A stretch of DNA of 64,000 nucleotides from Oopsacas minuta (taxonomy: Eukaryota; Animalia; Porifera): the NCBI GenBank assembly GCA_024704765.1, contig JAKMXF010000351.1, positions 62,001 to 126,000 on the forward strand, given 5' to 3'. Position numbers and translations under genes: made by a program. Shown here one piece after another: positions 23,184 to 34,042 of the stretch. The notes below the pieces were generated by a model, which worked only from the letters and a program-made list of their open reading frames with translations, did no database searches and was not told the DNA's origin. Within the stretch, counting starts at the first letter, position 1. Each line of letters starts with the position of its first letter.

Positions 23184-25490
23184 ATGTTTTTCCCGATTGT
23201 CGCAATTTTCATGGCTACTCCCGTATTTAGACCTGTAACGATGCCTACATCATTTCCGTTCGTCGATGAGATTAGGTTGGAGGAATTATTCTTAAGGTTA
23301 ACCATCAATCGTGACAATTGTATCGATTGGTTGAGGGTTCATGGATTATTAGCAAGTGGTATGAGATGTAAATGTGGGGCAAACATGTCGGAAGGCGTAT
23401 TTTCTAAGGCGCACGAAGGGAGAGGTTGGAGATGTCCTGAAAAGGGTTGCAAGAAATTTGCATCCCTACGAGTAGGATCATTCTTTGAGGGATCCAATAT
23501 TCCTCTTATTCAGTTGGTGGAATTTTTGTATTTTTGGGCAGAAGGACTACAAAGTACAAATTTCTTAATCCTGAATCTTAAGTGGTCTCCAAACACCATC
23601 ACGGATTGGAAAAATTTGTTGAGTGATATCTGTTTGGAGAAGTACCTCTCTAATCACGAACTAATCGGGGGGCATGGGCACATCGTTGAGATCGATGAAA
23701 GCAAATTTGGGAAAGAAAGTACCATTGAGGAAGGCAACTATCAGGAAAATGGGTGTTTGGTGGGATTGATAGAGTTACCAAAGACGCTTTCATGGTCACA
23801 GTTGAAGGTAGATCAGCTTCTACTTTGATTCCCATTAAAGAACAATATATCAAACCGGGTACTATTCTAAGCGATGAATGGGCTTCATACGATCTTATTC
23901 AACCTGCTACGTTAACCCATTTGACTGTTAATCACAGTATCCAGTTTGTGGTCCCTGGAACAGACATTCACACACAAACAATAGAGAGCACTTAGGGTCA
24001 AGCCAAGAAAATGATGAGAAATTTCATGACCATAACCCCGAGCTCCTGGATACTTGCCTCGCTGAATACAGTGCCGGTCAAAAAGAATTGTTCAAAATGA
24101 ATGTATAAAATAAGGTAAATGTCAAATTGTATACACTGACCAGATAGTTGAATACTTGCGAAACCATACTCAGCCATATGTATTTTGACAAGTACCACAC
24201 CAACACAGTTAATCTACTCATTATATTTGTACAAGTTACAGATTTCATTTTGCATTATTTTTTTCCAATTTATCCGTTTTTATCGAATTTCCTTTGCCTT
24301 CTAAACCCCGAATTTCCATTGAAAATCGAGCCAACCTGATACTACTTTCAGAAAGTGGACATACTCAGAGGGAGGTAGCTAAAATGGTTGAGTGTAGCCA
24401 AAAAGTGTAGTCGAGATCCTCAAGAAACACAGGCTGACTGGCTTGGTTAGGGACCTCGCTATTCCGCGTAGGCCTCGTCACAACCAAAAGGCAAGACAAT
24501 TTGTTGGTCAGAAAATGCAAAAAGGATCGATTTAAGACTGCTACTCAGATCAAAGCTAGAGTATTGTCAGAATATTCGTTACAACCTTCCACTTCAACAA
24601 TCCTGAGAAGGTTACGATGGGCTGGACTTTTCGGACGAAAAACCACGAAGGAAGCCCCGCCTTACTACCAAGCACAAAAGAAACCGACTTTCCTTCACAA
24701 GATCGCACAAGAATTGGAATACTGAAGAATGGGCAAGAGTTGTGTTCAGTGACGGATCGAGGTTCCTTCTATATACTAATGACGGGAGAGCCTACGTGAG
24801 GAAGATGAAAGGGGAGGAGTTCTCAGAGAGGTGTCTTCATAAAACTTGCAAGCTTGGTGGAGGTGGCATCATGGTTTCGGGATGCTTTTGATGGATGAGG
24901 GAGGACTCTTGTGGAAAGTATCTGGGAACCTCAAGACAAATTCCTACATTGATATATTGGAAAATGCACTAATCCCAAGCGTTGATTTGCGTTCTCTACA
25001 TTCTGGATGGACCTTTCAGCAAGACAACGCCCCATGCCATAGGTCAAAGGGTACTAAGCAATGGTTTGGTGAGCAAAAATAGAGGTTATGAATTGGCTTG
25101 TTCAGTCACCTGATCTAAATCCGATTGAAGATCTTTGGGATCACATTTCCCTCAGAATTCAAAAGAAAAGTCCATCCAACCACTCAGAGTTGTGGAATGC
25201 CACATAAGCACTTGGGATAGCATCGACATTAACAGGTTCCATACTCTAATTGAGAGTATGCTGTAAAGATGTAAAGCCGTAATTCAAGCAAGAGGAGGTT
25301 CTACTAAATACCACCAATTTACTTAATTACAATAAAGCATTATTGTTAAATTCAGTCATAGAGATAAGAATTTGGGGTAAATTTATTCTGAGCAATTCTT
25401 TTTGGCCTGCACTGTATTGCTGGAAAAAGAAATATGGCGACAATCCATTTCACAACTTGATAATAGAAATTATAAACCAATATACTGTTA
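23184..25490 (+). pseudogene. Merlin transposase pseudogene interrupted by Tc1
   Basis: CKC...WRC zinc ribbon, VEIDESKFG, WVFGGIDR, TILSDEW, HLTVNHS and HTQTIES. The C-terminus resumes after the Tc1 as YCWKKKYGDNPF. Confidence 0.85.
24069..25414 (+). mobile_element. Tc1-like element with a decayed transposase
   Basis: TA|CAGTGCCGGTCAAAAAGAATTG and CAATTCTTTTTGGCCTGCACTG|TA ends; fragments VFSDGSRF, FQQDNAPCH and SPDLNPIEDLW with several stops. Confidence 0.88.
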
Positions 25491-27181
25491 CTTAGATACA
25501 ATCTCTTGTTAGCTAATTACTAGTTTTTCATAGTTGCTGAATATTTACGTGAGAATCAAATAGTTCTTGTTCTTCAAACATTGGAACCAGTCATGGGCTC
25601 AAACCATTTAAAAAGTAGTATATTTGACAATACTATACACAGATATTATTTATATTGTTCAAAATTTGTTCCGTTGATAGCGGGAAGAATGCCATTGTTT
25701 GCTGTATATCACACAATAGAGACCCTTTTGTTATAATTATTAAATATAAAAATATTGTATATTGTATGTTTACTAAATATGTCTATTTTCTTGGAGATGT
25801 TAAGAGATTGATAAATACGTAGCAAAAATTACTTATGCATTGGAATGCTAATTAGGTATGTTGTAGTATTGTATGCAAACTACTATACTATTTGCGACAC
25901 TATTATTGTAATATATTTGGTTTCAATGAAGTTGCAAATTCTCCAAAGACTTTGGCTTATAAGCTAGAATTGCTGTAACTATTTTGTTTCTTGACAAGAT
26001 TTTAGAAATCTCTAGCCCAATCTTCATCTCTCAACATGCTCTATAACGGCTCTTATAGCGATTTTTACAATCTTACGAAAGTTGTAGGTGTAACATTCTA
26101 TAATTTTACCCATAAAAATGCTGAAGATAGCCGCATCTAAAGTATACAAAGATGATTGAACAAATGATTGGAATTTTTTGTGCAAAATTGTGTCGTGATC
26201 TCACATCCGATCCTTAAAAAAACAATGATCGCCTATCGTCGCCCGATCTTCAAAAAAGTATCGCGATCAATGGTCGTACGATCCAAACGCCCTAATAACA
26301 GGGGATAGAGGTATTTATGAAGAAAAATTATGTACATCCATAACCTTAAAAATGTAATTATTCATCATCTGGATTATGGATAAGAATATATAAAATGGAA
26401 CTGAACTAATACTTCGAAGCTAAGTTTAAGAATTTACTACTGTGGAATATATTTCGAAAAGACCATGCAATATGTAGACTAGTATGAGTCTAAAATGTTA
26501 CAAAATTCTTGATATTTTTGCCCTTTTGGAGGTCATGTCGTATTACCTCTCTTAGAATGAAAATTTGTAATGTAAAGCGAAAACAACTACTATTTACTAT
26601 TTGTTCATTCATTAGTATAGAGTTACATCCAAGGATTCTTCATGCATACTAATATTGTTATCAGGAAAGTCTTCAAAAATATTTCTATAAATGTTATAGG
26701 CACTTGAATTTGGATTTATTAAGATTATGATTTGTTCTTTGATGACCATTGAAAACTACTTGTATAATTCTTATATTCGTGACTTCGTTTAATTAGACAT
26801 CAAAGGATTAATATGTGGTTAGTAATAGTCAATGGTGATGCGTTTTATAACTTTCTTAAGAGCTAATAATAGATTGTCATTACGTCACTTTTATTAGAAT
26901 CCTTAAATATATTCAACATGCTAAATCCATTTTCACACTTTTGGATAAATACTATGTAATTGTATTGTTGGTTTTATGAATAAAGTTAAAGTAGTTGAAA
27001 TCTCGAAATATACTTAGAGAATCGCTCTCAACAGATAATAAGGGGTAATTAAGTATACTGAACCCGAATATGATATTTTGAATATTTCTTGCTATTTAGG
27101 TGTATAAAGTAAATAATTTTCTAATTAATCCCAGAAACTTGCTTACAACAGTTATACTGGGGTAATCGGGTACGCTGGTTA

Positions 27182-29400
27182 CACTGTCCAACAATTTTTC
27201 ATCATTTTTTGCTCCTGGAATACACGATAGTGTTTCTTATTTATTCAAGTACCCTGATTCCAAATATCCAATCAGTTTTTCTCTATCAGGAGAGATTTTG
27301 TAAAATTCGGAAATTTCCAAAATCATGTTTCATAGATCTCTATAGAATGTATAATTGTATACGTATTAATACCTTCCGTATATATTATCTAAGAATTCAA
27401 TTTTTCTTAAAATATATAGAATATTATTTGCTCTTTCAAGAGGAGATTATCTGATTGTATTTGTATTTATTTCTTTTCAATAATGTCTCGTCGATGTCCA
27501 AACCCAACCGATTCTTTCTGTGATTTTTGTGGAGAATTTATTACAAAATTTCAGCTGAGAGACATGTCTCCCCTTGTACACAAGGGATATGAGCAATATT
27601 TCGGTTGCAAGATTGGTGATCAAGATAAGCCTTGGGTACCTTATTTTTGTTGCTCAAAATGTGCAATAGGACTTAGTAAATGGCTAAATGGCTCACGTAC
27701 TTCAATGTAATTTGATATTCCCATGATATGGAGGGAACCAAGAGATCATTATACTGATTGTTATTTCTGTTTGACTGATATAAAAGGAATCACTTCTAAG
27801 ACCAAAAAGAATATATGTTATCCCAATCTTCAATCTGCGATTCGTCCTGTTGAGCATTCTACAGAATTCGAAGTACCTAAGCCTAAGAAAGTTTCCTTTG
27901 ATGACGATACTGTTGAAAATGCTATGTTAGATCAAGATGATGAGGAATTTATACCTCCGCTTATGCCACCTGATAAAACAAGACTTCCCCACATCATTAA
28001 TCAAAGTAAGCTGAATAATTTGGTTAGAGACTTAAATTTGACAAAAGATCAAAGTGAATTGCTTGGGTCAAGATTGAAAGGTTGGAACTTATTGGATGAG
28101 GAAACTAAAGTTTCATTTTTCAGGACTCGTCAAAGTGATTTCTCTGTACATTTTGAAATGCAGGGGTCTCTTTGTTATTGTAACAATGTGGATCGTGTGA
28201 TGGAGTTATTAGGTGTTCAACACGAACCATCAGAGTGGCGCCTCTTCATTAATTCTTCTAAGTACAGCCTCAAGGCAGTCTTACTTCACAAAGGTAATGT
28301 ATTACCATCCATACCGATAGGTCATTTAGTACACATGAAGGAGTCTCATGAGAATATGGATATCTTATTGAACCTATCAGATATGACTCCTACAATTGGT
28401 ACATCTGTGATGATCTGAAGGTAATTGGACTTTTGTTGGGTATGCAACCTGGATAACGAAATATTGTTGCTTCCTCTGTGAGTGGGAGAGTAGAGCAAGG
28501 CAATCCCACCATATAGTTAAGGAGTGGCCTGTACGACATCAATTAACTGCTGGTATAAAGAGTAAGTTGTCGGTCCTTAGTAAATCTTGAGAAAATTCTA
28601 TTACCACCTCTACGTACGCATAAATCTGGGTTTGATGAAAAACTTTGTAAAGGCGATAGTAAAATACAATAAAGAAGGAGAAGTTTTCAAATACCTCAAG
28701 GACAAATTTCCAAAGCTCAACGATGCTAAAATCAAGGAAGTGCATTTATAGGTCCCCAAATTAGAGACTATTAAGGATCTGAACTTCGAAGCATCTCTAA
28801 ATTCTGTCGAGAAAGTAGCATGGAATTCATTTAAATCTTTAAATGAGAACCTTTTAGGAACTAACAAATCACCAATTTATGAAGAAATTGTTGTGACACT
28901 ACTTGATGCATTCAGTACAATGGGATGCAACATGTCTCTAAAAATACACTTTCTTCACTCACATTTGCAATTATTTCCGGAAAATCTAGGTGCTGTGAGT
29001 GATGAACATGGTGAAAGATTTCATCAAGATATAAGCACAATGGAAAGTTCTCTCCAAACATGATGGCTGATTATTGTTGGTCACTAAAAAGAGATGTTCT
29101 TGATGCCACATACAAAAGAAAATCACATTCCAAGCATTTCTAAATTAGTATAATAAATGCTAAACCAATTGACAATTTTCATTGTAATTAACTCATAAGT
29201 ATGCATTCGATGGACCAAACTAAAGAGATATATTTATAGGAATACACTGGGGCAATGATAAAACCAAAATATTGAATTTTTCGAAATCCTTGCCTGATAG
29301 AGAAAAATTGATTAGATATTTGGAATCAGGGTGCTTGAATACATGAGAAACACTACAGTGTATTCCCGAAGCAAAAATGCTAAAAATTTGTTGGACAGTG
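27182..29400 (+). mobile_element. Chapaev3-type element, transposase pseudogene ~27483-29143
   Basis: ~130-bp TIRs starting CACTGTCCAACAA and a TTA TSD on both sides. Chapa-type motifs FCDFCGEF, YFGCKIGDQDKPW and WREPRDHYTDCYFC, plus SLKAVLLHKGN and DEHGERFHQD; several stops and frameshifts. Confidence 0.85.
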
Positions 29401-30399
29401 TTATAAATATGAATATATTACCAACGTATTGTGAATATGTTACCACTTGATACTCTGCTTAATTCGAGGCACGGAGTCCTGTGCCCCATAGGAACACAAA
29501 GTGTTCGCATGCCGTGCAGAGCGGGCAAGCAAATCACGATAATATAAATTTTAGACCACTTGTATAGATGACTGTAGATTGCCAGCTTGGATCGATTGTG
29601 TTTCCTTGATATTTCCTAATCCGTTAATGCTACACTACCAAAATGTTTTATTGTTAGATAGGGAGTCGATTGGGTAATATTGACTTATCCGAGTTATGTT
29701 GTTCTCACAACTTTTCGTATTATGTTAATAATGTCATAATATAGCTTGAATTTGAGATAGACATGAGAAATATGTATTTTAACACAGTGAGTCGAATTGA
29801 AATGAATTGTCAGTGAGTCGAATGTAAATGATCATACGCACACATGTCCGTGGAGTATATCAAGGAAATTTCTGAACAACCCTATGAAAAGCGTCGTAGA
29901 ATGGAGTAATACTCAAATATTCTCATTAATTGCAGAAATTTTCATTCGGCACCCCATCGATCGCTCCAAATCTTCAGACCAGCTAATTCAATTTTATCAA
30001 CTCCTTTGCAAAACGTAGTGTTAAACTCGAAATAAAGAGTTCGAACATTTATAACAGATGTACCTCTGTTAGATAGGAAGCAATATACATTATTACATAA
30101 TTTCCCTAGATGATTCCTAATTCTTGGAACAGATAATGTACCTACTTTTCATACCTCTAACCCAATTTGCGTTGTGAACATAGTGTATATTTAACAGCCA
30201 TGTTATATATAGATTATATATTCCTGAAAATTTGCCTGATGTAACTAATGACTAGTCAGTACGCCTACTGACAAACCTTCTGACCAGTACACGTATGAAG
30301 GTATTTGTAATGTTTTCACCTTTCCGATTATAGTATAGTATAGTATAGTGGCTCCGTATGAAAAGGCTGCCTTAGCTTTGCGTAATGTGCCGACTACTA

Positions 30400-30800
30400 G
30401 GTAATGAGCCAGAGGGTCAGTCAGATAGCTAGGACAGTTGGGGAAGATGCTAGGGACTGCGTACTTCTTAAGAGCAACTTTCTTCCTCTCCGTCTTTATC
30501 ATCTTCATTCCATCAAAGAATTGTATGGTCTTTTCGACGTCCCCTTCATGGAAATGATGTATACAGACCTTGAAGAAATAAAATCCGATAACTATTGAAT
30601 ATGGTGTTAATCAAAAGTATGATCACAAGTTCACAACGTACCCTCAATCGTTTATTCATCTCATAGTCCTCTCTCGGCTGAGGTATAGCTCAGAATCACT
30701 TCTCACGAGTCTCTTTGTCAGTAGGGACGGAGAAGACAGGTACATATTCATCTTTATCGTAGTATTTGACTTACATCCAGGTACAAGACAGGCCATGTTG
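30400..30800 (-). pseudogene. THAP-domain remnant (P-element/THAP transposase-like N-terminus)
   Basis: Frameshifted MACLVPGCKSN...FSVPTDKETREK...HFHEGDV...LKKYAVPSIFPNCPSYL. Confidence 0.65.
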
Positions 30801-31426
30801 AAGATTGTAGATGTAGAATTGAGTCAAGATGTGAATTTGGAGTGTGACAATATTTTGAAACCTTTTTGAAACATCGTAAAAAATTGTTTTTGTTAATTAT
30901 GGGTGATCAAAATGCGGTTACTAAATTTTGATCTGGCCTATGTGTATTTGATAGGATATAACAAATTATAGTATTTTCACATGCATATATTGATGTAAAT
31001 ACACTAGTGGATATATTTCTAGAACATGCGGTTGAAATAACCACTTTCATAGCATTGTAGGCGATGAATTTTGATAGTTTTCAGTCAAATATTGATAATC
31101 CAAATATCTCAGAAAATGAAGTTTATCATTTTCGTAAAATTCTTCCAAAATATATTGTAAGTATGCAAAGAGTATATTAAATAATCATATTAACTCATAT
31201 AATCATGAATTACTGTAACTCATCGAGATATCGTTTCGACAATTCCCAGGGTAATTGCCATCCATGGTCCAGAAATTGAATAGAGTGCCGTTGCCTTAGT
31301 GTATAGAATGCTTCAGTCCATCTAAATTCCATTTAATGGCCTTCAGCGGTACTTGAAATCGTACATGCCTTTAGGTTAGTAATCTGGGCACTCAGTGTCT
31401 CAAATAATATGAAATTGTCTAAATAT

Positions 31427-33522
31427 GGAGGCGCTGCATTAGCTCGAATTGTCATGTTGTCGATAGCTCGACTCAGTATTTAGTATGTTGTTAATACCTT
31501 CCCCATGTGTCATGCATAATTGTTTATTCTTCTACTGTTGTTTATTGAATAAGTATATTGTATTAGTGAGCATGAGAAATATTTAATTACTATGATATCA
31601 AAAGATTGTGTGAATGAATGAAAAAGTGGATAAACAAGTGTATAACCACTAAGTATAAATTTGGAATCGACTGATAATTGGAGCACGGCACACAGGACAT
31701 GTCTAATTCAATTCCTTTATTCTCTCACTGCATGCTGCACAACAATTATCGTACATACAAAGTAGGAATGCCCAAGTTGTTGTCCGCGGCATCAAACATA
31801 TAACACAAATATTCCCTACTACTGGATTCTCGCTTTCATTGTCTGAAGTGTCTGACTCATCAGTATTAGAGAATTCAATTTCAGTAGAGGTACAACCAAT
31901 AGTGTTGCTCATTGAATTTAGATACTACCAAAGAATCAACTCGCCAAATATGAACTTTTCCTTAATAACCTCGCGTTGTTGATCCTTTAGAACATGCTTT
32001 GATTTCCACGACCTAGAAATGCTATGACCTAGTCTCAATCTCCCCATTTCATTATCTATATCTTCTATGATATTGTTGAGAGTTTTCAGAAAATTCCATA
32101 CTCTTGGATGAGGAGTTTTAATGATGGATTTTAGCTTTGCGTGATAGCTTTCCGCAGCATTATTGGTCGTAATTTCAGCTTCATAGATAGAAAGCTCCTC
32201 TGGATTTATTTGAGTAATCCAGCTTTTCTTGAAGCATTTACGAAGTTGCTCCAATTTGCCTGATTCTAGATTTGTTAAATCCGGTACTTGGAGGAATGTA
32301 TAGGTTAGACGAATTAAACTTGCCGGGAGAAATGGCATTGCTATGAGATTTCTTATGAAATTGGCAGTTTCAGGATTGCCATGAAAACTCTGAACTAGCC
32401 CGAGCTTCTGAGTTTTGGCCCAGATACGTTGGGTAAAGTGGAACCAACATCCCTGACTTTAATGGTGGGATACGTTTCTTTAAAACAATTTCGCTGTGCT
32501 GGTCCCCAGTTAGAAATAGAGATTTCGGTTTAAAATCTGGAATGAGAGAATGGATCTTGGCTATTATTACAGTATAGAGTAATTGATCTTTTACGTCATT
32601 ACACAATGTATGCCTGGGAGTGCACGTCGATCAATTACCACAAAAACCGTCCATAATTGGGAGAATTGGGTTGGCACTGTATAAAATGTCCTATCTGACT
32701 GAATTTTTGAAATTTCTGATAGGTAATATTTCATGTGTGAGAATAAAAAACAACAGCAGTATGGTTATTAGTTGTGACAGTAAATTTGTGGTGAGTCGCA
32801 AAAGTAGATTCGGGTAACATAACTGAGAATTCTATAGCTGTAGGGGGATCTTGGGTTGCAATCTTCTCCTAGAACGGACATAGAAGACTCACACTCTTGG
32901 AAAGAAATTTCACTTGCGAAAAGACTCGTTCTTGTTTTATCATCGAAAATCTTCCTTAAATTGTCTTGAGAAGTTTGAGCCCTTTCTTGCATATGGTCTT
33001 CAATTCATAAACTCCTGATTTATACTCATTATTACCATAGTTATGAATTGAACTGGGATATATCAAATTATTTTCTAACTTTAATTTAGTTGTCCCTTTA
33101 CACTCGTTTTTTGATAAAACACATCTGAGGTATGTTGTATTTTCTTTCACTTTATATTTAGAATACTTAAACCCATCGGTTGTTGTAAGAATGTTTCCAT
33201 TACTACGCCTATAGCTGTCTGATATGTATTCCATTTTCGAAGATGTAAATAATACTATAATATCCAGAGACCAAAAAGCTTCTTATACCAGTGAAGCAAG
33301 TTGTTTATAATTGCCATGAAATGTGACTTTTCAAAAGAAATCTATCCAGCAATTATTTCCCATTGACAACAGCCATACAATTGAATGAGTCGAGCTATCG
33401 ACAACACAGTCAATAACGAGTCGAACTATCGAAAACATAGTTAAAAACTGAGTCGAGCTATCGACGACATACTAAATTCGAGTTATCCACAACATGACAA
33501 TTCGAGTTACTGCATGCGCCCC
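31427..33522 (-). mobile_element. MULE (Mutator-like) element; decayed transposase with N-terminal FLYWCH and C-terminal RING
   Basis: TIRs GG(A/G)GGCGC...CTCGAATTGTCATGTTGT with subterminal AGCTCGACTC repeats. Fragments: DGFKYSK...YLRC...C (FLYWCH), WFHFTQRIW, TTNNAAESYHAKL, and CVIC...C...CAAC...CPVCR. Confidence 0.8.
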
Positions 33523-34042
33523 GAAAATATCGAAATTTTGAGAATTCAGCCCTGGTCCTCCAGTTTCTTCAATCAATTCTGGAAATACAAACATGTACTT
33601 TTGTATTTCCAGAATTGAAATAACCACGTAGTAGCTTCAGCATCACCACAGAAGGTCATTAAATGGAAATTGGATGGACTATGGGTTATAAAAATTCATA
33701 TTTTGCCCAAAAATTTAAAATCCTTGGTCCAAATCTTTAGTGACGACAATTGCCTTAGTGCAACGGTTCCCAACCCTTTTCATCCGTGACCACCAAGGGG
33801 TCCATAGATCCCAGGTTGGGAACCTTTCCATATATATAGAATGCAATGGTATATAGTATAGGTGCACACACTAAAATAAGAGGTTTCATATAATATTGAA
33901 TACTTAAGAAAATCGTGAATGACTTCATAACTAAAACTCTAATTGCTAGACTAAAGTAGCATATGTACATATTAAGGCGTAAATGATTATCTGGGAGACA
34001 TTTAGTACGAATTCCCTCAATTTCATTAAAGTATGTTTTCCT

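Larger units (their letters stand above)
20187..26110 (+). mobile_element. Merlin (IS1595-like) element with long TIRs, nested in the hAT
   Basis: Imperfect TIRs of roughly 350 bp (20188-~20550 vs ~25745-26110) starting GGTAC/GGTAA, an 8-bp TSD CATAAAAA (20179-20186 and 26111-26118), and an internal Merlin transposase. Confidence 0.85.

Noticed and set aside
31830-31870. Second hammerhead (CUGAUGA GUC...GAC...GAAA on the minus strand)
   Set aside because: Three extra nucleotides separate stem II from GAAA, I found no stem I or III, and it lies within the acidic coding linker NTDESDTSDNE.
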